Source: Escherichia phage V18. Taken from it: a stretch of DNA of 64,000 nucleotides. Below are positions 10,273-21,454 of this stretch, piece after piece. Where the stretch lies: sequence record NC_041937.1. One strand, given 5' to 3'. Each line of letters opens with the position of its first letter. Position 1 is the stretch's first letter. The notes under the pieces were generated by a model. It ran no database searches, had not been told where the DNA came from, and saw nothing but the letters and a program-made list of their open reading frames with translations. The position numbers were made by a program, and so were the translations under genes.

Positions 10273-10509
10273 GGTGGTGAAGATGAGTCATAACTCCAAG
10301 TGGAAGGATCTTGGTTTTGCAAGTCGGGCAGAGTATGTTGGTTGGCTTTGGTTCAACGGCCTGACAAACGATATTAAAATGTATGATGATGTTTATTATG
10401 ACGAGTATACAGGTAAAATTATAAATATCTCTGTAGAAGAGGATACCTTTATCCAGCAAGATACTGATACCTGCCTTGATAAATACGTTAATGAAGTGGA
10501 GGAAGCAAA

Positions 10510-12825
10510 TTGATCACCAAGGTAATTAAAAGCAACGGATGTGAAGTGGCATTCGATCCAGAACGTTTAAATAAGGCAGCTATTTTCGGTGACGACGGTA
10601 ACGGCAATTGGTCACATATTGCACTGGATGCCTACAAGCGGTTGTATGATGGATGTACAACCAAAGAAGTTAACCAAGCTATTATAGACTCTTGTGTTAG
10701 CCGTAAAGACGAAGCACATTCCCGTATGGCTGGTCGTGTTCTTATTGGTCAGATCTATAAAGAGGCTTTTGGAGGGTTTACAAAGATCCCTTCCTTACCA
10801 TCATTTTACAATGACATGGTTGAGAAAGGTTATTGGGAGGATATGGGTTATAGCTTTACCGAGCTAAACACTTTAGACGCTGTTATTGACCACAGTAAAG
10901 ATCTCGGTTATGGCTATGCAGTCCTTAAACAGTTTCGCGACAAATACGGGATCAAGGATACTCTTAAAGACACCTTGTTTGAATCTCCCCAGATGATGTT
11001 TATGGGGATAGCAATGGCTGTCATGAAGAATATGCCGAAAGAACGTCGTATCAACGATGTTGTAAAATTATACACTTATCTGTCCGACTTAAAGATCAAT
11101 GCCCCGACACCGTACTTAAACGGGCTGCGCACAGGTAAGACAGGGTATGCATCTTGTTGTGTAATAAAAGCTGACGATACAGCAAAATCTATTGGTGTGG
11201 CACGTGAAGTTGCGTACACAATGACGGTTAACCAAGCAGGTATCGGCTACTACTTATCCTCAAGATCTGCAGGCGATGGTGTTCGTGGTAACACTATTAA
11301 ACATATGGGTAAGATTCCATATTATCGAGGTATTGATGCTGGTGTTAAGGAGAACAGACAACAATCACGTGGCGGTTCTGCAACAGTATCATTCCTTGCA
11401 CTGGACCCGCAGATTGATGAGCTAATCCGTTTGAGAAACCCTATGACTGTTGCTTCAAAAAGAATCAACACCATGGACTACTCCATCGGTATTAATAGGT
11501 CGTTTATCAACCGTGTGGCTAAGAATTTAGATTGGATGCTTGTTTCTTATAAGCACGCTCCTCAACTGCATGAGGGTATCTTCACCATGTCTATGGAGGA
11601 GTTCGATGCAGAGGTTGAGCGTATTGCTAAAGATGACAGTATTCCTAAGACATGGATCCGGGCTAGAGATCTTGCTGTTGAGCTGATCACGCAGCGTACT
11701 GAGGTGGGAAGACTGTACGTATACTGGACAGATGAGATGAATAGACATACACCTTTTAAAGATGTGATCTATTCAAGCAACCTGTGTGCAGAAATAGCCC
11801 TCCCGACAAAAGGCTATTCAGATATGCGTAATATCTTCAAGTACGATGTTGATGATGGTGAGGTTGCATTGTGCTTCCTGTCATCTCTTGTAGCTGGAAG
11901 GGTTACCCCAGAGGAGTATGAGGATGTTGCATACTACACGGTGCTTATGATTGACAATGTTATGGAAATCATGACATATCCGTATGAAAACATGGAGAGT
12001 ACTGTTAAAAAACGCAGATCCATCGGGGTTGGCCTTACCAATGTTGCACATTTTATTGCCAGCCACAAGGTTACTTACGGATCTCCTGAAAGTAAACAGC
12101 TTGTTCACGATCTTGCAGAACTTCACAGCTACAGCTTGCATAAGGCAAGTTTACGGTTGGCAAAAGAGCGTGGTGTCTGCGAGTGGATGTATAAAACAAA
12201 ATATCCAGAAGGTTGGTTACCAATCGACACTTATAACAAAGAGGTCGATAGTGTGGTGAAAGATCCTTCTCTTAAACAGGATTGGGAAGGGTTACGTAAA
12301 GAAATCATTGAAAATGGTGGGCTACGTAATAGCGTTCTTGAAGCATATATGCCTAATGAAAGCTCTTCGCTGGCAACAAACACCACTAACGGGGTTTATC
12401 CTGTCCGTGAGCACATTATCTTTAAAAAGTCGCCACAAGGGCAGGTGCTGTTTATCGTTCCTGAATACGATGAGTTGAAAGAGTATTACACTTCGGCTTG
12501 GGACGTTGATACTAACGACATGATCGATATGTATGCTGTGATTCAAAAATTCACAGGTCAGGCAATCAGCGCGGATTTATACATAGACTACACCAAGTTG
12601 AAAGATGGTAAAATTTCAATGAAGGAGCAGCTAGGGTACCTTATCCGTGCCACTAAATTCGGGATGAAGACATGGTATTATTTAAACTCTAGGGTTGGTG
12701 CTGGTGACTCCTTGGCAGAGGAACTTCATGCCAAGAAACAGGCTGAAGATGAAACCAGAAAGAACTATCCTTTGATTGCAGATAGTTCAGTTGAAGATCC
12801 GTATTGCGAAAGTTGTGCACTATAA
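10510..12825 (+). CDS. nrdA: ribonucleotide reductase class Ia large subunit
   Basis: 771 aa; N-terminal ATP-cone-like VIKSNGCEVAFDPERLNKA, SSNLCAEIALP active-site region, C-terminal CESCAL redox Cys pair. Confidence 0.85.
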   Translation: MITKVIKSNGCEVAFDPERLNKAAIFGDDGNGNWSHIALDAYKRLYDGCTTKEVNQAIIDSCVSRKDEAHSRMAGRVLIGQIYKEAFGGFTKIPSLPSFYNDMVEKGYWEDMGYSFTELNTLDAVIDHSKDLGYGYAVLKQFRDKYGIKDTLKDTLFESPQMMFMGIAMAVMKNMPKERRINDVVKLYTYLSDLKINAPTPYLNGLRTGKTGYASCCVIKADDTAKSIGVAREVAYTMTVNQAGIGYYLSSRSAGDGVRGNTIKHMGKIPYYRGIDAGVKENRQQSRGGSATVSFLALDPQIDELIRLRNPMTVASKRINTMDYSIGINRSFINRVAKNLDWMLVSYKHAPQLHEGIFTMSMEEFDAEVERIAKDDSIPKTWIRARDLAVELITQRTEVGRLYVYWTDEMNRHTPFKDVIYSSNLCAEIALPTKGYSDMRNIFKYDVDDGEVALCFLSSLVAGRVTPEEYEDVAYYTVLMIDNVMEIMTYPYENMESTVKKRRSIGVGLTNVAHFIASHKVTYGSPESKQLVHDLAELHSYSLHKASLRLAKERGVCEWMYKTKYPEGWLPIDTYNKEVDSVVKDPSLKQDWEGLRKEIIENGGLRNSVLEAYMPNESSSLATNTTNGVYPVREHIIFKKSPQGQVLFIVPEYDELKEYYTSAWDVDTNDMIDMYAVIQKFTGQAISADLYIDYTKLKDGKISMKEQLGYLIRATKFGMKTWYYLNSRVGAGDSLAEELHAKKQAEDETRKNYPLIADSSVEDPYCESCAL

Positions 12826-12832
12826 TTTTAAA

Positions 12833-12852
12833 GGGGCTTCGGCCCCATTTTA
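12833..12852 (+). terminator. hairpin with UUCG tetraloop after nrdA
   Basis: GGGGC-ttcg-GCCCC followed by ATTTTA. Confidence 0.4.
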
Positions 12853-12864
12853 GAGGTTAGAATA

Positions 12865-13953
12865 ATGGCTGTATTTAATGCTGAGAACACCGCTCATAAA
12901 ACTGGTGACTATCCGCTGTTTTTAGGACAGCAAATGGGTATGTACGACTCTATCAACAAAAAATATCCACAACTGTTTGAACTATACAAAAAACAAAAAG
13001 AACAAGATTGGGCAGAGGATGAAGTGGATTTGTCGCAATCTATTTCAGATTTTGTAACATGCTCAAAGTCAACTTATGACGTGATGGTACAGACCTTGAT
13101 GTGGCAATGGGAGGCTGATAGCGTTGCGGCAAGATCGATCATCTGCCTCTTTTCACCGTTCATCACTAATAGTGAGCTTTTCACTCTATTGATGAAACAG
13201 TCGGAGATTGAAGTTCTTCACGCACTAACTTACTCAGAGATTGTTAGACAATGCCTCCCCAATGCCCGTGAGATTATAGAAGAGATTCAGGAAAACCAAA
13301 ACGTTCTGAGCAGATCCGGTGTTATTGTCAAATACATGCAAGAGCTAGAGGTTATTGGTGCAAAATACCGACTGGATCCTTCTAGTGTTGAAGAAGATGT
13401 TGTGCGGAAATGCATTCTTAGAGCGCTTTTTGCACTTTTAGCTCTGGAAAGTATTGAGTTTATTGCAAGTTTTGCATGCACTTTCGCAGTAGCTGAACAG
13501 GGTATCTTTGTTCAGGTGGCGCAGCTTGTTCAAAAAATCATGCTTGACGAAATGCTACATTCGAAAGGTGATTTTGCCATCATTGATATCTTGCTTAACG
13601 ATCCCGCATGGGAGAAAAGCTTCCTGGAGATAAAAGGGGAGTTAAAAGAGATTCTTGATGAAGTACGAACCAAAGAGTACGGTTGGAGTGACTATATTTT
13701 CAGCGAAGGAAGAGCGATTATAGGTCTTAACTCACCGTTGCTTAAAGAATGGGTTGACTATAACTGCTCACCGATTTATGATTACTACGACATCGACAAA
13801 GACTTTGTGCCGCCAACAAAGGACCCGCTACCGTTTATGCAGGTGTGGATGAAACCTTCATTGCAACAGACGGCGAACCAAGAAATGTCGAACACTGACT
13901 ACCGCGTCAACACAACTGTTAACGACGCTGAAGAAGAAATTTGGGAGTTTTAA
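12865..13953 (+). CDS. nrdB: ribonucleotide reductase class Ia small subunit
   Basis: 362 aa directly downstream of nrdA; ferritin-like E/H-rich helices (EIEVLHALTYSEI), acidic C-terminal tail …EEEIWEF. Confidence 0.8.
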   Translation: MAVFNAENTAHKTGDYPLFLGQQMGMYDSINKKYPQLFELYKKQKEQDWAEDEVDLSQSISDFVTCSKSTYDVMVQTLMWQWEADSVAARSIICLFSPFITNSELFTLLMKQSEIEVLHALTYSEIVRQCLPNAREIIEEIQENQNVLSRSGVIVKYMQELEVIGAKYRLDPSSVEEDVVRKCILRALFALLALESIEFIASFACTFAVAEQGIFVQVAQLVQKIMLDEMLHSKGDFAIIDILLNDPAWEKSFLEIKGELKEILDEVRTKEYGWSDYIFSEGRAIIGLNSPLLKEWVDYNCSPIYDYYDIDKDFVPPTKDPLPFMQVWMKPSLQQTANQEMSNTDYRVNTTVNDAEEEIWEF

Positions 13954-13956
13954 TAT

Positions 13957-14235
13957 ATGAGCTGCGAAAAATCTTTTTTCATCATCATTTACGGTAAGGA
14001 TAACTGCCCACACTGTGTCAGAGCAAAAGAATTTGCAATCAGCAAAGGTCTGCCTTTTGTATATAAGACACTTGGCGATGGCTACACAAAAGAAGAGCTT
14101 ATTGAGAAGTGTAGTCCAATTGTCCCCAGAACGTTGCCGCAGATCTTCTTAGAAAGCGATCTTGACAGTATCCATATAGGCGGTGCCGACGATTTCATCT
14201 CTTTTGTTAAGAATGGTTTTGGAGAGAAAAAGTGA
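13957..14235 (+). CDS. glutaredoxin / NrdH-like redoxin
   Basis: 92 aa; CPHC active site in IYGKDNCPHCVRAKEF; between the aerobic and anaerobic RNR genes. Confidence 0.7.
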   Translation: MSCEKSFFIIIYGKDNCPHCVRAKEFAISKGLPFVYKTLGDGYTKEELIEKCSPIVPRTLPQIFLESDLDSIHIGGADDFISFVKNGFGEKK

Positions 14236-16354
14236 AAGTTGTAAAACGGGACGGTAGAGAAGAGTTCTATAACGGAATTAAGGTGATCAAGGCGGCAGAG
14301 TCCGCCTTACTTGAGTCTGGACATACTGAAGAAGAAGCTTACCGGATCGCCTGCGCGGTTAATGAAGTTGTTGCTAACAATCTACCAACCGACCAGTGCA
14401 CGATCTCTGTAAAAAATATCCATATCCTTGTTGAAGATGCTCTTATGGATATGGGTTTAAAATGTGCAGCCAGAGAATACATCCAGTATAGACAGACAAG
14501 AGATAATAACAGAGAGGCAGGTGGAAAACTGCTTGCAGATATTAGTGGCTTCTTGGATCGAACTTGTGATGAATTTACAAAAGAAAACGCAAATAAGCCC
14601 ACTAATCATGTACACACTCATCGTGACCTGCTTGCAGGCATCCTTAGCAAACACCTTGCATCAACACAGATCCTGCCAGACCGTGTTTCAGAAGAGCACA
14701 ATAAAGGCTTCATCCATGTGCATGATCTTGACTACTTGATCAGTCCGTTAACAAACTGTTGTTTGGTAAATTATCCAGATATGTTGGAAAACGGATTCAA
14801 CATTGGCAACGCCCATGTCAGTAAGCCGAAGTCAATAGGGGTTGCAACAACAATCCTTAGCCAAATCTCTAGTGCGGTAGCTAGTGCTCAATATGGTGGT
14901 CAGACTATGAGCCATATTGATCATTATCTGGCACAGTATGCTGAAGCGACCTATGAGAAGAACCTTAAATTTTGCCAGGAACATTGGTTGCCAGATGCTG
15001 AGACTGTTGCAATGCAAATGACAGATAAAGACGTGTTTGACAGCATGCAGACGTTGCTTTATCAGATCAACACACTAACCTCGGTAAACGGTAACCCCTT
15101 TTATCACATTAAGTTTAGGTTTGGACACTTCGGTCTTTGGTAGAATGATTACCAAAAACTACCTGAAAGTCCACAAAATGGGTCTTGGTGAAGAACGTAT
15201 TACACCTGTGTTCCCTAAAGTGCTGTTCTTCCTAGAAGAGGGTGTCAACATGAACCCTGGGGATCCTAACTACGATTTGAAACGATTAGCTCTGGAATGC
15301 TGTGCAGAACGTATCTACCTGACTTCGTATCTGTACCACTAAATAGAAAAGTGACAGGCTCGACAGATGGCAAAGTAACGAGCATGGGATATGTAGAAGT
15401 TTCTTATCGAAATATAGCGACCCTGTAACAGGCGAGGAGAAATACCTTGGCAGATTTAACTTAGGCGTTGTTAGCCTTAACCTGCCAATGATTGCGGCAA
15501 AAGCTAAGACGGAAGGTGTTGATTTCTTTGCAGTTCTTGACGAATACTTGGATCTTGCATACGAGGCTCACCTTGTAAGGGTTAATCGTCTAAAAGGAAC
15601 AAAGGCGGGGCAGAACCCCATCATGTGGTGTGAAGGCGCTCTTGCTCGCCTGGATCCCGAAGAGAGTATTGATAAACTCTTCTATGACGGGTACGCTTCC
15701 ATCAGTATTGGGTATATCGGTGTGTATGAAACCTGTCAGATTTTGGGTAGAGAAGGCGACAAGGCTTTAGCTCTTGGAATCCTTCAGCACATGAGAGATG
15801 CTTGTGAGCGATACAAGAAGGAAAGTAGACTAGCATTTAGCTTGTACGGCACTCCTTCTGAGAGTCTATGCTATAAAGCTGCAACCTGTCTGGATCGTGA
15901 ATATCCGGAAGTGTTGAAGCACGAGCATGAATATCTCACCAACAGTTTCCATCAGCCAGTATGGATAAATAGCTCTCCTTTTGATAAGTGGGAGTATGAG
16001 GAAGGTTTTGCTATGATCTCCTCTGGTGGCAACATCGGATACGTAGAGACACCTAACCTGAAAAACAACCTGGATGCTTTAGAGGCCCTTGTTGACTTCG
16101 GGTATAAACACATTATGTATTTTGGTATTAACCAACCTGTAGATAAATGTCTCAAGTGTGGTTTCTCTGGTGAGTTCAGTGCAACAGCTAAAGGCTTTGT
16201 ATGCCCAGAGTGTGGAAACCATGAAGAGGGAACGATCAGTGTAATTCGACGTGTGTCTGGATACCTTTCCAGTCCTAACTCCCGTCCTTACAATAAAGGT
16301 AAGCAAGCGGAAGTTATCGAGCGAGTTAAGCACTACGGAAGTTGTGGTTGCTGA
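14232..16354 (+). CDS. nrdD: anaerobic ribonucleotide reductase (class III), reading frame broken in three places (possible pseudogene or indel errors)
   Basis: N-terminal ATP cone in frame 0 (14232..15143); middle segment …ITLSLGLDTSVFGRMITK…CCAERIY in frame +1; …PDFVSVPLNRKVTGSTDGKVTSMG in frame 0; C-terminal …CRSFLS…GRFNLGVVSLNLP…RVSGY (glycyl radical) and CLKCG…CPECG in frame +2 to 16354. Fragments sum to about 700 aa. Confidence 0.75.
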
Positions 16355-16530
16355 TTCTTGACAAAAGCCACAAGGATGTGGCATATTATTGACACACAGT
16401 GAGCTAGGAGGTGCAGTATGTCATCAGGTATTTATAAAATTTGCAAGTGTGGTTGTCGTTGCAATCTTCGTTGGTGCAAGGCACTAGACGATTTTATTTG
16501 GCATTGCCCTAAATGTGATGCGGAGTATCT

Positions 16531-17004
16531 ATGAACATTGTCGGATACACAGAAATATCTTACACCGAAGGGCCAGGTATTAGAACTGCCTTGTGGGTAT
16601 CTGGGTGCCCACACGCTTGCCCTGGTTGCTTTAATCAGGCATTTTGGTCAAAAGATAAGGGGAGGGAGTTCACTGAAGAAGATTTGCAAAAAATCTTGTC
16701 AGATTTAGATAACCTGTCTGTGTGCGGTATCTCTCTGCTGGGTGGAGAACCCTTAGCATACTATAATGAGCCAGATATTATTAGCCTGATGGAGAAAATT
16801 AAGGAAAAATTTGGTGACAAGAAAACTATTCTTGTATATACTGGGTTCACATTTGACCATATCTCTAGTGATGTTCTTAAACTGGCTGATATCATCATTG
16901 ACGGTAAGTATGTAAAAGATTTACCAACCAAGAAACCGTTCCGAGGCAGCGATAACCAAAGAATGTTTAAAAAAGTAGCAGGCGGTTGGGTTCAGGTAGA
17001 CTAG
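16531..17004 (+). CDS. nrdG: anaerobic RNR activating enzyme (radical SAM)
   Basis: 157 aa; CPHACPGC (CxxxCxxC radical SAM cluster motif); directly downstream of nrdD. Confidence 0.8.
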   Translation: MNIVGYTEISYTEGPGIRTALWVSGCPHACPGCFNQAFWSKDKGREFTEEDLQKILSDLDNLSVCGISLLGGEPLAYYNEPDIISLMEKIKEKFGDKKTILVYTGFTFDHISSDVLKLADIIIDGKYVKDLPTKKPFRGSDNQRMFKKVAGGWVQVD

Positions 17005-17007
17005 TTG

Positions 17008-17037
17008 TTGACAAAGCTTGGTTTAGATAGGTATAAT
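17008..17037 (+). promoter_or_regulatory. sigma70-like promoter
   Basis: TTGACA 17008-17013, 18 bp spacer, TATAAT 17032-17037; shares extended similarity with the promoter at 18400. Confidence 0.5.
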
Positions 17038-17068
17038 TATCGTAAAATGAAAGCAGAGGAGGTGCCAA

Positions 17069-17182
17069 ATGGCTAAAAAAGCCTTGAAGAAGGCGTACAA
17101 AAAAGAGATTGCGCTTGAGCTTAAGAAAAAACACAAGCGTGAAAAGAAACATCATGAAGATGAAGAGGGGGTGCAACAGTGA
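17069..17182 (+). CDS. small lysine-rich basic protein (37 aa)
   Basis: ATG at 17069 preceded by AGAGGAGG; translation MAKKALKKAYKKEIALELKKKHKREKKHHEDEEGVQQ; below the 60-aa ORF-track cutoff. Confidence 0.3.
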   Translation: MAKKALKKAYKKEIALELKKKHKREKKHHEDEEGVQQ

Positions 17183-17567
17183 CACAAGAACGTATCGATT
17201 TGGCTAATAAGTTTGTAGATCTCATTTTGCCACGGTTAGTTACTCAACATGCAGATGCTATTTCTACTAATCTTGATGGCTTACGCCTAATGCTGAATCG
17301 CACAGATGACCCTCGTATTCGGGCTGATTTAGAAGCCTCTGCCAACAAACTGGAAAAGTTCTTGCAAGTAGACACGCAAGAAGCCTTACACAAGATTATG
17401 GTGGAAGGTTTCTCTAAAGAATTTACCATTAAAGAGCTTAAGGAGCTGATCCACCAAGAAGAGATGAATATCCGAGTTCAGGCTGTTGCAAGCAGCATGG
17501 AAGCGGCTATTGAAAAACTGTTGCAGTAAAAGTACTTGGCACATCTCAATCTGAAAGGAGTCCCAAC

Positions 17568-18355
17568 ATGGGTCGAGCTAAAGAAACAAAACGCATGCGT
17601 GATGAAGCTAGAGAGGCTCGCAAATCTGATCGCCTGCGTAAGGCTGCTGAGAAATTTGCTGACGAACGAGAGCACACTGCTCCAGCTCTCCGACCAATGA
17701 ATAAGAAGCAGCAAAAGTATCTTGATTACCTAGGGTCGCGTAAAATTATCATTGTAAACGGAGTGTTTGGGTCTGGTAAAACATTCATGGCATCTGCTAT
17801 GCAGGTGACCTTCTGCGTAAGAATGAAATTGATAAGATCATTGTTGCACGTCCTTACGTTCAGACAGGAAAGACTTCAGGATTTAAACCTGGAAATGCAA
17901 TGCAGAAACTGTGGCCCTATCTTCGAAGCATGATGGACACGATTTGTCGTCGTGTTGGCAAAGGTGCTTTTGCCGCAATGCTGGGAGACGGTCAGAACAG
18001 CCGTATCGAGATTTGTGAAGTTGAAAGCATTCGTGGTCGTAGTTTCGATGAGCGATGCTTTGTCCTGATTGACGAGGCACAGCAAACTAACCCTGAAGAA
18101 ATGTTGTCAATTATCACAAGGATCTCTGATCAAGCCACCCTTGTAATTATGGGTGATAATAGCCAACGTGACATCCCTGGTAAATCTGGCCTTGCATGGG
18201 TGACGGATTTCTTTACTCGTCATCCAGATCCTGAGGTTGGAATGATCAGCTTTGATAGTCCAGACGATGTCGTTCGTTCTGGGTTGGGTCGTCAGATCGC
18301 ACTCAATCTTATTGAGGATCGTGCAAATCATATTTGGACCCCTGTTTCCGAGTAA
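17568..18355 (+). CDS. phoH: PhoH-like ATPase, frame interrupted near 17795-17815
   Basis: Walker A GVFGSGKTFMAS in ORF 17568..17933; the PhoH-like continuation (…KIIVARPYVQTGKTSGF…LIDEAQQT…VIMGD) is in the next frame and joins ORF 17900..18355. Confidence 0.65.
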
Positions 18356-18360
18356 TACAG

Positions 18361-18381
18361 AAGGGTGGTTATTCCACCCTT
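18361..18381 (+). terminator. hairpin after phoH
   Basis: AAGGGTGG-ttat-TCCACCCTT perfect stem. Confidence 0.4.
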
Positions 18382-18399
18382 AAATATCTAAAACAGTTG

Positions 18400-18428
18400 T
18401 TGACAAATAGGTAAGCTTTAGATATTAT
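18400..18428 (+). promoter_or_regulatory. sigma70-like promoter
   Basis: TTGACA 18400-18405, 17 bp spacer, TATTAT 18423-18428. Confidence 0.5.
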
Positions 18429-18828
18429 TATCGGACAAAACAGAGAGAAGGACAGTATGGCTACAATACAAGAGAAACTGAATAAAATATACTGCCTGTT
18501 TGTCTATAACGGCGAGACAATTTTGGCAAATAAAGGATCCAAGAATGTGTGGACCAAGGACAGCGGTGGTAATATAATTAACTTAGCGTTGCTACGTGAG
18601 CGCCGACACAGATTCTTTATCGAGTCTCGAATTATTGAAAGCAGCACTTGCTACAGAACAGGCGATAAAGTAATTGTTGACAATGATACGTGGTATGTGG
18701 TAGACTGGCAATCATTGAGTTGTGATGCTTCTGACAATCGTAAGTATTCCATAGTGATTGCTAAATAAAGGTAAATGTGAATCAGGTTTAAATAAATAGC
18801 TTTCAACTTCCAATATTAAGGATTTCTC

Positions 18829-19875
18829 ATGAATTTAACACCTCGCAGCACCATGGTACACGGCATGAAAGAAAAACAGAACGGTTTCGAACCTATGAGT
18901 AATAAAATGTTTGGTATGCCGGGTGGTATCATGGAAACATACAGCTACCCAACACCTGTTGTTGACCACGTTCTTTATATCGACGATTTGGAAGACCTGC
19001 AGGATCATATGTCTCGTCTGCAGACGATCCGTATGGCTCAGCCGGAAGAAAGCATTCGGGTGATCATCAATAGCCCTGGGGGTTGCGTGCACATTGCAAT
19101 GGCTTATCTACAGGCATTCCGCGAGTCTCAGGCAAGCGTTGTTGCACATGCTGAAGGGATGTGCTGCTCTGCGGGAACAATCTTATGGCTGGGTTGTAAA
19201 GAACGCACTGTGGCTCCGGACACAGAATTTATGTTCCACTACTATCAAGGTGGCACTTATGGTAATGGTGTGAACATGAATACTCAGGTCAGCTACTGGA
19301 AAAAACGTTTTGAACGCCTGATCGAAAAATACTACGGTGGGGTGCTGACAGAAGATGAGATCGCATCCATCACAGCTGGTGGTGAAGTGTGGTTGGACGG
19401 AGAGGAGCTGGCAGCTCGAACTGGAGCCATCATTCTGGATGAAGGCAACATACAACGCATCCAGAATGGACAAAAACCTAAAAAGCTTCTGGCAAAAGGT
19501 GATGAAGGCGTGTTAGGTGAAGCAGGTCTTCCGGAGATTCACCAGTGCACCTCTTTAGATGAGCTAGTTCATGCTGTTGAATCTGCGAAAGCGGTTGGTT
19601 CGAAAGGTGATGTTCACACTGTGTTCCTGAATCTGCAGATGGAAAGTGGTGAGACCATTAAGATTGCCTTAGGTGAGATTACCTCAGAAGATCTGCAGCG
19701 ATTCTCTGTCGTTGAACTTCAAGACATTCTGTCCCAATTGAAGACAACCCTGAACGGCGGTGAAGAGGTTAAGGTAAAAGATAAGACTCGCAAGCGTCTG
19801 GTGGACAATATTATTAAAACAGCAAAAGAACTCAATGAAAAAATCCTGGGTGCAGGAATTGTCGAAGAAGCTTAA
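18829..19875 (+). CDS. ClpP-family serine peptidase with about 150-aa C-terminal extension
   Basis: 348 aa; INSPGGCVHIAMA and AEGMCCSAGTILWLG correspond to the ClpP INSPGG and active-site Ser segments. Confidence 0.5.
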   Translation: MNLTPRSTMVHGMKEKQNGFEPMSNKMFGMPGGIMETYSYPTPVVDHVLYIDDLEDLQDHMSRLQTIRMAQPEESIRVIINSPGGCVHIAMAYLQAFRESQASVVAHAEGMCCSAGTILWLGCKERTVAPDTEFMFHYYQGGTYGNGVNMNTQVSYWKKRFERLIEKYYGGVLTEDEIASITAGGEVWLDGEELAARTGAIILDEGNIQRIQNGQKPKKLLAKGDEGVLGEAGLPEIHQCTSLDELVHAVESAKAVGSKGDVHTVFLNLQMESGETIKIALGEITSEDLQRFSVVELQDILSQLKTTLNGGEEVKVKDKTRKRLVDNIIKTAKELNEKILGAGIVEEA

Positions 19876-19887
19876 ACATTAATTCTA

Positions 19888-19910
19888 AAGCCCTCTTCGG
19901 AGGGCTTTTA
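19888..19910 (+). terminator. rho-independent terminator
   Basis: AGCCCTC-ttcg-GAGGGCT followed by TTTTA. Confidence 0.5.
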
Positions 19911-19926
19911 TGATCTGGAGATTTGC

Positions 19927-20460
19927 ATGACTTGTGCTAGAAAACCTGATGAACAACGTAACGCCTACGATGAGTATGTGACACCGGAGTGGTGTGCAGA
20001 AGGGCTGTATGACCTTATTCCGTTCCCAGAAGACTGGACCTACTTAGAGCCTTGCAGGAATAGTGCCTCAGGTGTGTTCTACTCCCGTATGCCGTTAGGA
20101 TCTGCATGGGGAGAAATCCAAGAAGGTGTTGACTATCTGAATACAGAATACAACCATGTTGACTGTATTATCACCAACCCACCATACAGTTTGGCTCGTG
20201 AGTTTGTAGACAAGGCGTTGAAAGATGCTGACGTAGTTATTATGCTTTTGCGTCTTAATTTTCTGGAAAGCAAAGCCAGATTTGAATGGTGGCTTGATAA
20301 TGCACCTACCACTGTGATCACAATATCTAAGCGTCCATCTTTTCAATCAAATGGCAGAACTGACGGGCAAGCATATGCATATTTTGTGTGGGATAAGAAA
20401 AACCGTTTAGGCTTGCCGCCATTTATGTGGTTGGCACCACCAGAGGTAGACCTGAAATGA
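19927..20460 (+). CDS. small N6-adenine DNA methyltransferase (phage Dam-like)
   Basis: 177 aa; catalytic motif CIITNPPYSLAREF (NPPY). Confidence 0.5.
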   Translation: MTCARKPDEQRNAYDEYVTPEWCAEGLYDLIPFPEDWTYLEPCRNSASGVFYSRMPLGSAWGEIQEGVDYLNTEYNHVDCIITNPPYSLAREFVDKALKDADVVIMLLRLNFLESKARFEWWLDNAPTTVITISKRPSFQSNGRTDGQAYAYFVWDKKNRLGLPPFMWLAPPEVDLK

Positions 20461-21013
20461 AGATGAGTGCTAAGGACAAATTACACCAGTTAGCGCTAAA
20501 ACGTCCTGTAACGCTCCCTGACGAGCTTAACTCCATTTATGATGCGATTGTAGGGGAGATACAAAATAAAGCGTTAGCAGGCTTTCTGGGATGCGGATTT
20601 TCGATAAATCTACCCTCGCATCTCTCAGATTACTTCCCGCACATTGTTGGAGATTTGAGAGCAGGAGGTCTGCAGGTAGATGTTGTTGGCATCTCCCCAG
20701 AGAAAAATAACACGGTTGCCTACTTGACAGTAACCTGGTAGTTGTGTATTGTTGTTCTCAACAAGGGGGAGTCATTTATGTACAAGTCATTTTCAATTTA
20801 CTCAAGACAGGGGAAACACTACACAGAGATCCTGATCACTCAGAAAAAATCTGTAGAAGGTGAGTGGGAATATCACCATAAAATGTTGCGTCCAGATTGG
20901 GTTTTTGATAGACTTATTGCCATGATCCCTCTTGGAGAAGTATATCCTCTGACAGGCGGGAGGGATGTTTGGGATTTAATTGCTTACATAGATTCATTTA
21001 AGGAGCCCAGTGT

Positions 21014-21415
21014 ATGAAGATTGAGATCACCAAAGAAGGCAAGAAAGTGTCTGGCGACTATGCAACAGTAATTCGGGATTTAATGTTTGAAGCCACCAAG
21101 ATCGGTACATCTAAAGTTGGTCAAACTGTTAGTGTGCAAAGTAATATCGCCACAGGAGAGAAGGTATTCATTGTGGTCAAAGGGCAGGATCCTGTGGAAG
21201 GAACAGTGGGCCGAGGAGGTTACCTGTGCATTTCTGAAGAGCCTCGTATGCTAGTGGCTGACTCCGCTACTATAGGTGGGAAACGTGTGTGCGAGGCGGA
21301 TGAGGTAATGATTATCCAGCCTGTTGACCCAGATGATCCAGCAACTTGGGTGGTAGGAAATGAAATCTTCTCTTTAGAAGAGTTATCCTTCCCAGCCCCG
21401 CGCTCTGTTCAGTAA
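21014..21415 (+). CDS. hypothetical small acidic protein (MKIEIT N-terminus group)
   Basis: 133 aa; N-terminus resembles 25218, 27368 and 30797. Confidence 0.35.
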   Translation: MKIEITKEGKKVSGDYATVIRDLMFEATKIGTSKVGQTVSVQSNIATGEKVFIVVKGQDPVEGTVGRGGYLCISEEPRMLVADSATIGGKRVCEADEVMIIQPVDPDDPATWVVGNEIFSLEELSFPAPRSVQ

Positions 21416-21454
21416 TAATTTATCTTACCAGGGACGGTAGAAGCAGGAGGTAGC

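Noticed and set aside
15143-15347. Group I intron or homing-endonuclease insertion in nrdD (as in T4 nrdD)
   Set aside because: The three frame segments together give a full-length NrdD with no missing or extra block; the disruptions are 1-2 nt indels.
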